A stretch of DNA of 63,415 nucleotides, the filler included, from Saprolegnia diclina VS20 (taxonomy: Eukaryota): the NCBI RefSeq assembly GCF_000281045.1. It is 31 parts of 31 records of this genome, joined end to end, with 100 filler letters (N's around TTAATTAATTAA, not from the genome) between each part and the next. Parts side by side here need not be neighbours in the genome. Positions count along the whole stretch, not along the records: positions 22,468 to 24,448 come from NW_008246390.1; positions 24,549 to 26,583 come from NW_008246391.1; positions 26,684 to 28,708 come from NW_008246392.1; positions 28,809 to 30,828 come from NW_008246393.1; positions 30,929 to 32,908 come from NW_008246394.1; positions 33,009 to 34,965 come from NW_008246395.1; 25 more parts are not named here. The stretch is one strand, 5' to 3'. The notes beneath the pieces were generated by a model. That model had not been told where the DNA came from and searched no databases. It was given only the letters and a program-made list of their open reading frames with translations. This document shows, one piece after another, positions 22,626-34,708 of this stretch (positions are counted from its first letter, which is position 1; every line of letters starts with the position of its first letter). Both the position numbers and the translations under genes were made by a program.

Positions 22626-23007
22626 ACACTGTGCGATCATAAGATTGCAATAGACGCTGTGTTTTGTTTGATCTCGTGAGGAAGCAGAGAGAACCGACGA
22701 TAGCACGTTGCACGAGGCACCGACGTAACGCGCGTTGGTTGGTGCTGCACTGCACGCGTCTTTCATCCCTGCGTACTTGTCGTGATCTTGGAGTACGTAC
22801 CATTAAGGTCAAACTTCTTCCCGAGGTAATGGGTAGGTTGGTGGTCTTTGGGCTCATTGCCAATGTTCTTGACTACTGGTATGTTGTACATACATGGAGT
22901 ACTAGCTCTTGTATCGGGCAAGAGCGTGGTCCTTGGGTTGTCCCGCGGTGGCTGTACCGGTGCTGCAAGTAGCGCTCCTCTTTGGCGGTTGACGAGCGTC
23001 AATAGCG

Positions 23008-23029
23008 GTACATGTACTAATACATGTAC
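23008..23029. promoter_or_regulatory. Paired TACATGTA motifs forming a palindrome
   Basis: GTACATGTA-CTAA-TACATGTAC. TACATGTA is a known abundant oomycete intergenic motif. Confidence 0.45.
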
Positions 23030-24272
23030 TGTACTACGCCGTCAAGCACTTTTCCGGGTCAAGGTAACATGATCATTTTCATCAATCAAACTGCCACTAC
23101 GGTGATAGTTTTATCCAATTCCATGCAGGATCTATCAACATACAAACTCTAAATGAAGAATTTGCTCGCCAAGTACTCGTACTACCAGGCTTGTCGTCCC
23201 GAACCATTGCCGAGCTGGGAGATGGACGCAGTGTAAGTACCCGAAAAGCATAACAATTTGAATAACCGCGAAGAACCCGTCCAACTCACAACATGGAGAA
23301 GAGATCATTGCATTGGTGTAGCCAAGCTCTAACCCAATGCGCGCAAGACATCTCGCAAATTGCTCATTAGGTCGGCAGAAACGTTACCTGTCGAGGCGAC
23401 GGCGTACACTATTATACTAATATACGCCTTTGTCTCCATAACGAGCGAATGTACCAACACGCTCGAGAGTTCGCACCTTCAACGCTTCAACACTTGTCGC
23501 CACGCGTCTTCTTGGCGACACCAGTCTCCAGGACGACAGGTGAGAACCTCTATAAGACACAGAGCGGAGGAGAGCGAGACTGTTGAATCAATACATTGTG
23601 ATTGACCTTCCTCCAATGTGTAAACGGTGCCGGACTGCGTGATCACGGTGGCGCGCGGCCGCGCTATGTACGCGTCAACTTCAAGCGGCTGGTGTGGCAT
23701 CGCATGCTTTGCAGGTGACGAATACGTGGTCGCGCTTCCTCCCGCGAATCTGTTTGCGAATCTTTGGCGCCAAAACGATGCGCGGCGCGACCTTTGTCCG
23801 GTAATCGCCCGAGCTTGACCAATAAGACAGTTCTAAGTTCTGAGATGGTGCAGCATACATGATCGTGTGGCCACAGTTATCAGACGACTGTCCCACTCTT
23901 ACTCGAATTGAGCTCTTGACCTGATCGCGCTCTCGACCACACACAAGCCATGCACGCACCAAAGCGTACCACGACACGTGTATCATTTACACAGCTAGCT
24001 CGGTGCCCGCGGCGATTTGTTCAAACGTCCCTTGGCTCACGCCGAGTGCAGCAGGTTCAAAGTGTACAAGTACAACACCCCCCCGCGGTAGTGACAAGGT
24101 GCGCATCTCGCCGAAATACCCAAACCACCGACACGGCTGTTTTCGTACAAGTTGAGGTGGTTGAAGTGCGACGACTCCCACCTGAGTTGGGTCCCTCGCG
24201 TACGTTGACTAGCCCAGAATCTTCCTGCATCTTTGCGCGACCCAGATTCTACAAGGCGCTTCGACCCCACCA

Positions 24273-24290
24273 CTTCATTTTACCTTTCGC
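24273..24290 (+). promoter_or_regulatory. Oomycete Inr+FPR core promoter
   Basis: CTTCATTTTACCTTTCGC immediately before the ATG at 24297. Confidence 0.65.
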
Positions 24291-24296
24291 TTCATC

Positions 24297-24448
24297 ATGC
24301 GCACTGCCCTCGCTTGCCTCGCCCTCGCCACCGCGGCTGCTGCCACCGCCAACGACAAGACGCTCAGCTACACGGGCTACCAGCTCTCGTACGACTGCAC
24401 CTCAGGTGCCGCCGACCGCTGGACGTACACGCTCGACGTTGACAACGG
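24297..24448 (+). CDS. Secreted probable DNA/RNA non-specific endonuclease, N-terminal fragment
   Basis: Signal peptide MRTALACLALATAAAATA followed by YTGYQLSYDCTSGAADRWTYTL, which resembles the NUC/NucA N-terminal strands. The catalytic DRGH motif is not in the contig. Confidence 0.6.
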
Positions 24449-24549
24449 NNNNNNNNNNNNNNNNNNNNNNNNNNNNNNNNNNNNNNNNNNNNTTAATTAA
24501 TTAANNNNNNNNNNNNNNNNNNNNNNNNNNNNNNNNNNNNNNNNNNNNG

Positions 24550-24645
24550 AACGACGGTCTCGGTCCGATTCCGGTGCCGCTCAAGCTCAAGGCGTACGTC
24601 GCGCCGTCGAGCTGGGCACTCCCGAGCAACTGCGACCGCGGCTAA
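24550..24645 (+). CDS. C-terminal fragment of an endonuclease paralogue
   Basis: NDGLGPIPVPLKLKAYVAPSSWALPSNCDRG*. Confidence 0.55.
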   Translation, partial: NDGLGPIPVPLKLKAYVAPSSWALPSNCDRG

Positions 24646-25069
24646 GTTTTATAGTCGGTAGTACTACTCGTTCGAATCCATTGTTTACGTTCTATCCAGG
24701 TTCTTTGTGCGGGCTTCCAACCCTAGCCCTGGCTGTTTACATAGGAGACTTGCTGCACGCAAATAGTGTGTGAACCCGTTTATCGCTTTCGAGCATCCTC
24801 GCACAAATCGATTGTTATTAGTGCTTTCTTGAGTGCAAGATGTGGCAAGAACGTCGTACGAAGCTTAGCGTCATGAATATGGCGCCTCTTTTGATAATTC
24901 CTTCGATTTACGCTATTTAGGAGTTCGTATTTCGAGTGAGCGACGCCACCGGGTTGAGCAGTGGGTTTCATACAGTCTTGTCAGCTCACATCGTTGTGCG
25001 ATATGATATTGCTCTATTGGTGCAATCTAGTGCATACTTCCAATATATGCGGCTTTTCGCTGCTTCTTG

Positions 25070-25909
25070 CTATTGGATGGAGAGCGCCCGTAGCCGGCGT
25101 GGCCACGACAGGCCAACGTGCGTCTCGTAAAGACAGTGCTGGAAAAAGCCAACGCGCGTAAGCGACACCTCGGCGAGCGACGGGCTTTGTCGAAACGCAA
25201 GCGCAAGCGCGGGACCGAGTGTCGGATCGACGCTCAAATCGAGGTCGATGTCGTTTAGGTGCAGGCTCGTGGCACGCCCGAAGCGCAGCCACTCCGCCAA
25301 GTAGCGGGCAAAGGTTGCATGCAAGCGGTGCGGGCCGCGCGCACTGCAAAGTCGAAGCTCAAACACCGCCAGGTGAGGATGACAAATGGCAGTCAAAAGC
25401 GCGTCGAGTGCAGGGCGGTGTCGGGACACGTCGGTCGCAATCTCAATCTCCAGAGCCTTCACCGCCGTGCAACCGAGGAGTGCATCGCGCAGCGCCTCGC
25501 ACTCGGGCATTGCCAGCTTCGTCAGACGGAGTTGAACGCGCGAAATACTTTGTTTGCCGAGCCGGTTGGTTGCGGTAAGTAAATCGGCACTGCACGCGAT
25601 GCCTTCCAGTGCAATTTCTACGCGAAGCGACAAAGCGCTTTGTAGCATGCGCCACGTTGCTTCTGGGAGTGCCACGTCATCCAGATAAATCGTCGGCCAG
25701 CGCACGCGAACGCCGGCGACAGTCGTCAACGTGTATAAACATTGCAGTCGTGGTGTCCACGCGGCGCGCGGGATGCTGGCGAGCAGCGCCATGAACGCTG
25801 TCGGGCACGAGATGTAGCCCGCGATGGTCTCCAACACCTCGGGGGGCAAGACACTTGGTGCTACGGTGCATGGCCGCTTGACGCCGTCTTGAAGCTCTGG
25901 CGACTGCAT
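25070..25909 (-). CDS. F-box-like/RNI-type leucine-rich protein
   Basis: VLPPEVLETIAGYI (F-box-like), ..WPTIYL.., and LxxLxL repeats. Same family pattern as 50895-52322. The 3' end is uncertain. Confidence 0.6.
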   Translation of the reverse strand: MQSPELQDGVKRPCTVAPSVLPPEVLETIAGYISCPTAFMALLASIPRAAWTPRLQCLYTLTTVAGVRVRWPTIYLDDVALPEATWRMLQSALSLRVEIALEGIACSADLLTATNRLGKQSISRVQLRLTKLAMPECEALRDALLGCTAVKALEIEIATDVSRHRPALDALLTAICHPHLAVFELRLCSARGPHRLHATFARYLAEWLRFGRATSLHLNDIDLDLSVDPTLGPALALAFRQSPSLAEVSLTRVGFFQHCLYETHVGLSWPRRLRALSIQ

Positions 25910-26425
25910 CTGGCTTTGAAACGTCTGTGAACAGACAGCCGAATGCACGAAACAGAATCTGAATGCACCAGACGACACCATGTGGACACAACACAAACCT
26001 AAAAGCTTTTGGAGTGTCTTTGGCTACTGGAAAATCGTCGGATGCTCAAAGTGGATACTTGGTACTACCGGTAGAAGCAAGCAATGAAAAGGCTAAGCCA
26101 CCGTGCGACCATCGTCGAATACTGGCAAAGCAGACTGCATCCATTGGCTTCCTATACGGTGCGAGATTTTTGCTCCGGCTGCGAGCGATCCAGATCACTG
26201 TGTCGATGCAGATGGTTCTGATTCGCGTCCGAGGCCGCCAATCGACGTCCCCAGAATTAGATGCGAGGACGGGCAAATCTGCAATTGAAGAACATCCTCA
26301 GAAATCGAAGAAGTTGCAAGGTTCCCACGTGTTATTGAAGATAGTACCTTCACAAACGCTTTGACAAATTCCTTTTGCACTTCAACTTTTGCACCGCACC
26401 GACTTCGTCGTCGACCGTCGCTGTC

Positions 26426-26583
26426 ATGGTTGCCCTTCTGGCTATTGTATCGCTTCTACTGGCCTCGGACACTGCGGTGGCTGGCAACAACAAGACGCTC
26501 AGCTACACGGGCTACCAGCTCTCGTACGACTGCACCTCAGGTGCCGCCGACCGCTGGACGTACACGCTCGACGTTGACAACGG
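26426..26583 (+). CDS. Secreted probable DNA/RNA non-specific endonuclease paralogue, N-terminal fragment
   Basis: Different signal peptide (MVALLAIVSLLLASDTAVAG) followed by mature sequence identical to that of 24297-24448. Confidence 0.6.
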
Positions 26584-26910
26584 NNNNNNNNNNNNNNNNN
26601 NNNNNNNNNNNNNNNNNNNNNNNNNNNTTAATTAATTAANNNNNNNNNNNNNNNNNNNNNNNNNNNNNNNNNNNNNNNNNNNNTCGGATCAGATTCTTGC
26701 GCTTCAAGTTCGCCTGTCCGATGGCGAGAATCTTGCTAGATGGCGCGCTACCGACAGCGGACCACGTACTGCACTGAGTCGATCGGCTTTGCGCTAGACA
26801 CTCACCCGCCTCCTAGCTTCTAGGGACGACGAATAGCTGCTCGCTCGACGCGCCTTGCTCACCCGTGCAAGTACAGAGTAGCCGCGAGAGCACTGTGGTT
26901 TACAAACCAA

Positions 26911-28620
26911 CGACCCGTTCTTTCTCAGCCAAAAGCGCTCACCTTTGACTGCCAACATGCACGTTTGACTTGACACATCAGTCGTAATTGGAGCTTCCTC
27001 GGCGCGGAACCTCGGCGCGGGTTGCAGCGAACACCACCAACCGCCGTTCACTAGCTCTACTTGCTGGCGGCCAGACTTCAAACCGCGGCCACCTGCCTCA
27101 TCACGACCAAACAAGCCGCCATCAACGACCGCTGCAGCCTCATTCCGGCCGCCAACGGCCCGTGGACGCTCGTGACCAAACTCGACGCCAACACGACCAA
27201 CGTCCATGGCTGCTTGGACGTCGGCCCGGCCCTCGAACGCCACAAGCGGCTGCTCGCGACGACGCTCGTGCCGTTCACCAACAAGACGACGCTTGTGGCC
27301 GCGAACTCGCTCGGCTGCAGCTTTGGTGCCGTGTACCCGGCGCCCTCTAAGATCGCAATGTGGTTCGACAGTCATGCGTTTGCGACGCCCCAAGGTCCTC
27401 TTCCGAGCGGCGCCGAGTGCCCGAACGGCGCGTGGCTCGTCAAGCTCGAGAACGGCACGATTGTCCAGTCGACACGCTCTCAGTGGTGCCCGATGCGACG
27501 GTCGAGATGCACGGTATCTACAACGCCGTCCGCGTCGTGGCGTAGGCTCCTCGCCGTGCCCAACACAACCGTTGTGCTTTGTGCTGTTGCGTTGTAGGTA
27601 GCAGTCGATAGCCATCGCGTATGTGTAGATTGTGAAATACAACTTTCATATCGTTGGGCTGATACAGGATGTCTTGGGTTGGTGGGCATGGGACAGACAC
27701 TGTATTCGAGACAGAATATTGAGAACAGCCGCTGCAATGTATACGAAACACCAGTGCAATGCAGTGTTTGTTGGCCGCACGTCTGCGAGCGTACCACGGA
27801 TCGCTTGGTGGGAAAGGACCATGGATGTGCTGGCCACTTCTCTTCTGAATGAACCGTATGTGGTGTGAATTCGACTGCGCTTGGCTCTCCAAGAACCACG
27901 TGCCGCTGCAGCACTGGCGTCGAAGGTTCGATTCCAAAGCGGCTCCTTGAACCCCAGAGCGGACAAGGGACCTTCTCTCGGATGCTTTCGTGGTCCCCGC
28001 GCTCCTTTGGCTGCTCACGCAAACACACGGCGAATCGCAGCTGTTCAAGGATAGAAGCTGTGGCACTGCATGCGACCAGTCGGTTTATCGCGTCATCCGA
28101 TGACGTGATGAGGATCGTGTGTTCCAGAGCTCAACGTGATCGCACCTTGCTCGTTGACATCACAGCTATCGCGGTGACCATAATCCGTCGGCTTGCGGCC
28201 TCTTTCTTCCCACTGACATTTCGGACGTCACTTTTCGAAGCTCCGACCAGCTTCAACTCTCCAAGCGATATGATATTCGCGATGACGCGTTTCTTCCTGG
28301 GTGTATTGGGTTGCTCCATACGCCAGTTGCAATCACAACTGCTGAATCAAACCACGGATGTCCAATAACGGATGTCAGTGCTACGAATGCACGTTATTGC
28401 GCGTGCAGCGGAGACGTTGGAGCAGGAACGAGTCGAGTACGATAACAGTCGTACCCGCATGTGTACAGCCAAGGCGAGGGGACAGTGCCGTACTCAGTTT
28501 TGCAACCCTACCCGCACTGATAGCTTCAAGTTGCGCCGGTGTGTCAAGTCAAACGTGCATGGTGCCAGTCAAAGGTGCTATCGGGAGCTCCCTTTTTGGC
28601 TGAGAAAGAACAGGCTGTCG
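26911..28620. repeat. Imperfect inverted repeat (about 90-110 bp arms) enclosing about 1.5 kb
   Basis: TTCTTTCTCAGCCAAAA...CACCTTTGACTG..ATGCACGTTTGACTTGACACA at 26911-26996 is mirrored by TGTGTCAAGTCAAACGTGCAT..CAGTCAAAGGTG...TTTTGGCTGAGAAAGAA at 28522-28620. Confidence 0.8.
27061..27597 (+). pseudogene. GC3-rich coding-like fragment without an ATG start
   Basis: Codon bias resembles real genes from about 27061 to 27480. There is no clear start and no recognised family. Confidence 0.3.
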
Positions 28621-30928
28621 CTCCGTATATCCAAGCTACTGGCATCTCACATGCGCCCAACCCGGTGGCTGTCGTTGCATTTAGGGACTATTCAGTGTCA
28701 TGCCGCGANNNNNNNNNNNNNNNNNNNNNNNNNNNNNNNNNNNNNNNNNNNNTTAATTAATTAANNNNNNNNNNNNNNNNNNNNNNNNNNNNNNNNNNNN
28801 NNNNNNNNTACATATAGCTAGCTAGTGGCAAGCAGGTATAGAACGTGTATACCAAATGGAAGGGGATTACTAGCTCCAATATCACAGCATGTATATATCT
28901 GCTTCGATACGCTAGCACCTCTCATGTCGTGCATTCTCCGGGCGGTAAGATCTGCTGACAAAAGCATCCATATTCATTCATACATGTTTGGAAATCAAAA
29001 CATCCGCCGCTTGGAGGCGCGTGTCCACGGTCGGCGCCACATACGTTGTGGCGCGAAGCGTCCTTGCGTTGCAGCTCCTGCACCTACTCCTTGTCGGCCG
29101 CGGCAACGTTGGCCATCTACAAACCTTAATCCATCGACTTGATACCGTCATAGGTTGCACGCGCCGTGCACTCAGCGCAGCTGCGGGATTGCATCCAGGG
29201 GTAGGCATTGCCCGATGCCGCCGAGACCGTCGCGCACATGGGAAGATCATGGGAAGGATGCGCCTTGACGTCCCGCCGAGAATGGCCGCCACAAGACCAG
29301 CGACCGTGAGCGGCCCGACGCACGACGCGTCTGCCTTGAGCATGCTGCAGCATGTGCAAGAGGATGCGGCACCCCTTCTGAGGCTTCATAGCGGTCGTGT
29401 CGGAGGGTACATTGACGGTCGACGCACCACAAGTGCACGAGCAGCGAGAGATGCATACCGACGCCGGTCGATGCGCTCAGCGCGGTGTCGGGTCTTGGTA
29501 TCCATTCGGCAACTGCCGGCATGAGCCGAGGTAAGGCGACGACGTTGGACCGCGCGCGGGTGGGCAAGCGTGACCGACGACGGCAGCCCAACGAAGTGCA
29601 TCCTCCGAGAACGCTTGGTCCGGCATCGCGTTGGGCCGGTCCACGACAAGGCTGTCGTCGTCCAGCCGGCGCCAGACCAAAGAGAGGACAGAGCGTCGAC
29701 GCGGTCGGGCCGGTGGCTCCATGCCGGTGGCTCCATGGGTCCAGCTTGTCTTCGTCAAATTCAGCCGCTAAAGCCGGATACGCCTCAGATTATCCGGGCT
29801 GAAGCAAGATCGCCAGGTGCAAGGCGGCGATTTAGTGCTGGAGCGGAAGCACAATCGCAGGTAGATGCTCGTGCGTAGGTTGACGCGTAGGTTGACGGTC
29901 ATACAGGAAGCGCTTCTTGCTTGGTCGGATGCGGCCATGAGAACACGAGGATTGTGAGCAAGCTCATGATGACCCCTTGGTGTAGCCAACCTTTCATTCG
30001 TTGCCATCGCGGTGGCATGGCTACAACGTGGACGGACGAAGTCCACGAGGGTCGCTCATGTGTGTCACCAGTGCTGGTCTTTGTACGATCGCAGTGGTTT
30101 ACAAGCCTTTCGTCAGTTGGCTATCTCCCCGCAGCTGCGAGCGATGAGAGGGCTTGGCTGCTCGCATTGCCGACTGTGCGTTGCTGCGAGGCGCACTGAG
30201 CGCACGGTCCATGTTTCGAGTGGTGGCGTGGGAGTTGGTATGGACTGTAGATACGAGGTAGCGAAGGACGGTGAGCGAGACAGTGTACTCTCTTGCGAGC
30301 GAGGAACGTGCGTAGCTGTAGACAGACAACGCATGATGATGTACGAGAATGGCTGTGATCCTCAAGCTTGTGAACGCACTTTAGAGCGCGTTGTTGAGTC
30401 GACACAACGCAGAAAGTATACCATCGGCAGTAGCTCTGATGATGCACACGAGGATGTTAGACTCCGAGGGACTGGCAATTCATTCCACGCTATGACCTCG
30501 GCGAGACGCCAGCGGTTCCTGCGTGCTTGGGTCGCTGGCACTCTTTTTAGGAATGCATACTTGGGCCATCACCACCTGCGCAGAGCTGCCGCGCTGGCGG
30601 CCGAAGTGGCGTGGACGCCAGACGGCAAAGCGTACAAGATCACGGCGGCGCGCTTATCTCTGTGGTCGCTGCTTCTGCTGTAGTATGCTACTTGGATGCT
30701 AGACCTCTTCTCTATCGACCGCAAGTCGTCGATGACGTCCGCCAAAGCCTCAAAGTCTGGCTCTTCTCGGGTCGCACTCGCGCTGGCCGGAGAGATTTGA
30801 CGCGCGAGTCTTCTTATCTTCGGCACCGNNNNNNNNNNNNNNNNNNNNNNNNNNNNNNNNNNNNNNNNNNNNTTAATTAATTAANNNNNNNNNNNNNNNN
30901 NNNNNNNNNNNNNNNNNNNNNNNNNNNN

Positions 30929-31884
30929 AAGAACGTTTGCGGCACGTTCCACGAAGCTTGCAGCGGCGTTGGCGGCGTCACGAACGGTGGCCCGAGCGCT
31001 GGACCAGGCGGTTTAGGGTCGTTCCACCGGTCCAAAAAATTGTGTAAAATATCGACCGCCGCCGGCCCGAGCACGCGCGTGTGGGTATCGATCCAGCCGT
31101 TGTTGTTGGTACTGATCTGGGCGGCTTGGCGCAATGCCGACTCGTTATGGTACTTGGTGTCCCATCGATCAAACGTCTGGTCCATCCCGCCGGCGTACGC
31201 CCAGAGCTGATTGCCGCGGGTCAGCACCAAGCTCTTTTGGTGCAGCGAGCCCGTGATCGACGTGACACGGTCGTCCGTCATGAGCTGGACGCGCGTACCG
31301 TTCGACGGCGACAACGAATTCATCCACGCATACATGTCGGTGACGCGGGCGAGTTCGGGGACATTGGACCACACGAGCCCGTGCGCGCTGAGGCCATTGG
31401 CCGTGATCGCCGTGCTCCACGTCGACTTGAACGTGATGGAGGGATCTACCTGCGGCAGATACGGGACGTTGCCGAGCGTCCAGCTCGTAAAGTACGCAGC
31501 GTTTGCAGTCAAAAGATCTTCATGGATCGCGGCAAACGTGCTGCTCGTGTCGGCAAAGATGTGCACAAAGTTGCCCGACGAGCTCGTGGCGAGCAACGTG
31601 CGCGGTATGCCACCACGCGCGTTCGTAATCTCGTCGGTTGAAAGGAACCAGTCGCTCGAAGCCAAGAGCGGCTGGCGCGTCGGAATGTCCGAGCCGTCAG
31701 ATTGCGAGATCGCGTTGGTCAGAAGCACGTCGCAGCCTTGAAAGAGCTTGTAGCTGCAGAGGTTGCACGGCTGGCAAATGCACCAGTTGGTAAAGATATC
31801 GGTGAGCGACGTCGACCGCGTGCACGTGACGAACCCGGTCGCGCGCGCGGCGCAAAGCGTGAGCACAACCGCGCGGGGTCGCAT
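30929..31884 (-). CDS. Secreted phospholipase D-like protein, N-terminal part
   Basis: Signal-like N-terminus, DWFLS..EIT.ARGG.PR, SLHQKSLV, AYAGGMD...RWDT..H, GWIDTH...GPAA.D...NF.DRWND. Confidence 0.85.
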
Positions 31885-32412
31885 GCTCAGTCAATCGAGA
31901 ATCCACAACTGACACAAAATTGTCGGTTGCGAATCCTGGCGTGAGTTTAAATCTATCCGAGGAATGCGGGTTACCGTCAATTTCGAAAAAGGCTCGGGAC
32001 GTGCTGGCCACCACGTGAAATGATATATCCGTCGGGTAGATTGCCCAGTGAGTAGGTACCTTGTCAGGGGTGCAGTATCTAAGTTACCCTACGTTTTGGC
32101 TTGATAACGAAACGGAGGTCGTTCGTCGCGCTGAGGCTGGACAAGGTCGCACTTTAGTTGTACGTTGGCTCGACTTTCCTGTTCGGCTTTGCTGAGCGTA
32201 TCGAGTTCTTTGGCTTGGGAGCGCGAAATCGATCGTGGTAGCGCGATGGCGCTGAAAATGCTGTCACTGGGGGCTTGGACCGCCAAGTGGGTGGCACCTT
32301 TACCCAGATTGCGCGGGTATCAAGACCGTGTGCTGTCTGTGACTGAATAGGTTTGAGCTCTTGGTATCAACACAGAGTGTCAAGTATCCAGACTTGGAGT
32401 ATTGTTCACGCA

Positions 32413-32908
32413 TTAATTGGCGTCAAGCGTCGTCGACTCGATCGCTCCCTGTTCCATTTGCATGTACGCCGTCATGGCCGGGCAGTTGAAGACGGAAAAG
32501 TTGCTGCGCTGGCACTCGCACGTGACCTGAACGACCCGCGGCTGCGTGGCGAGCCACTCAAGGTTCTGGCACTCGTCGATCTCGCCGTCTTCAAGCTTGG
32601 AGCAGCGACCGTCACCGTCGACGAGGTGCTTCATGACGTCGCGGAAGATGACCCAAAACGGCTTCTCGTACAAGTTGTAGTGCTTGATCCAGCCGTCGGC
32701 CGATTTGGCATACGCGTCCAAGGCATCGGCGGCGGCCAAAAACGATTTCTTGGACAAGTCGACCGAGAAGCCTGTGAGCTCGCTGAACTTGGCGATGCGG
32801 AAGTCCCGCGCGAGCTTGGCGACCGTGATCGACCCGTCCTGGACGTGCGTCGTGTCGACAATGTTAGCACCGAGTTCGGCGTCCGACGTCATGCTGCGGA
32901 CGTTCCAG
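32413..32908 (-). CDS. Hypothetical protein, C-terminal fragment
   Basis: GC3-rich ORF open at the contig edge. A copy lies at 37114-37560. Confidence 0.55.
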
Positions 32909-33008
32909 NNNNNNNNNNNNNNNNNNNNNNNNNNNNNNNNNNNNNNNNNNNNTTAATTAATTAANNNNNNNNNNNNNNNNNNNNNNNNNNNNNNNNNNNN
33001 NNNNNNNN

Positions 33009-33265
33009 GGGTTGACGTTCGGGTTCACATTGATGTTGGCATTGGCACCGCCGTTGCCGCCATCAAAGAGGCCGTAGCCGTTGAGGCAGTTCTGGACGAG
33101 GCTACTGATGGCACCACCAAGGTTGATACCGAGGACGCTGCCGCCAGAGCCACCGTTACCCCAGCCCGTGGCGCGGAGGTTTTGGGTCGTGGTGGCGGCC
33201 GAGGCCGAGTCGATGCACTGGACTGCGACGAGGGCACAGAGAGCGGCGGGAACAAAGGTCTTCAT
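33009..33265 (-). CDS. Secreted Gly/Asn-rich protein, N-terminal fragment (left copy)
   Basis: MKTFVPAALCALVAVQCIDSASA signal peptide, then QNLRATGWGNGGSGG...NANINVNPNVN. Confidence 0.75.
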
Positions 33266-34657
33266 GGCTGCTGTTGGTGGTGGTGGTGCTCGAAAAGTGG
33301 CGAATTGGAAAATGAGAGTGTCTTTCAACAGCGTCCAAGGATCATGAACTTTGGTGGGGTCGATCCTCATCCGAGATTTCGGATCTCTGGCTGGTAGACC
33401 GGACGTTTCAGGAGAACTCTAGCGCATGGCGAACGTCATTCGGACATCTGTTCATGCGAGTTGTTGGATCACGCTACACCAAGGGTCAATTATTTATTGA
33501 CCCTTGGTTGCACCAACAATGCACGCTTCGGCGTGTGGTATCAATAATACTGTATGGTTCATGTACGACTCTCATGGAATGCGGTTCATGTCAAGTCAAA
33601 CGGCAGGATCGAATGCAAGCAGTTTCATCGCATGGAGAAGCGATGGTCGGATGCGCGACGTATGCGAGTTAGGATGTCACTATGTATGTCTGGATGTGTA
33701 CATTGTCGGGTTTATACTACACGTGTAGCCTATACAATGTAGTACGAATAGCACTGTACGAATGAGTGGAGAGAAGACCTTAAGATGTACTAGTAGCCCA
33801 AAGAGCTCATACAGGCGGGTTCACGAGGTAAAAAAGAATGTAAATAGAGGAAAGCTCGGCGAAGTGGTGTCGTACAGGGTCACTGGAAATGGCGAAATAT
33901 GGTCATCAAACGACCAAACGACTACGGTAATGGGTTACAGATGCGGAGTTTAGCTTCGACGCCCGTACATGCACTGGTACATCTCTTGTCACCTGTCAAT
34001 CGTTCTTTCTGCGCATGTGCTTCGAGACTCGAGGCGGTCTTGCGAGAGTACCATGGGATCTGTAATGCGAAAAATCATGAGTAGCTTCCACTTGATTTTG
34101 TAGTCTGGTTTGATTCAAATGACAGCTGTGCGCAGCTCCGACAAACGCGTTGTCAACAAATCCTGATAGGACGTTCGTCACATGTTGGCGTTCGCTAGAA
34201 ACGTCCGGTCCGCAAGTCTGTGCCATATATGTTTGCCCATGAGTAGGTTTAAGGAGTTCCGAGCTTCAAGATCTCCAATCTCTACTACTCTTGTCAGGTT
34301 CAAGCCACTCCGATAAACAACGACGCGAAAATGCAATCTTGACGTTTGCCACTCCCCGCATTGCCCCCATGCGAGCACTCCCTGCATGGCGAATATCACG
34401 ACATCGTAACTACATGCACCATGCAGTATTTGATACCACACGCCGAAGCGTGCATTGTTGGTGCAACCAAGGGTCAATAAATAATTGACCCTTGGTGTAG
34501 CGTGATCCAACAACTCGCATGAACAGATGTCCGCATGACGTTCGCCATGCGCTAGAGTTCTCCTGAAACGTCCGGTCTACCAGCCAGAGATCCGAAATCT
34601 CGGATGAGGATCGACCCCACCAAAGTTCATGATCCTTGGACGCTGTTGAAAGACACT

Positions 34658-34674
34658 CTCATTTTCCAATTCGC
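34658..34674 (+). promoter_or_regulatory. Oomycete Inr+FPR core promoter
   Basis: CTCATTTTCCAATTCGC upstream of the ATG at 34709, mirrored in the left arm. Confidence 0.7.
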
Positions 34675-34708
34675 CACTTTTCGAGCACCACCAACAACAA
34701 CTGCAACC

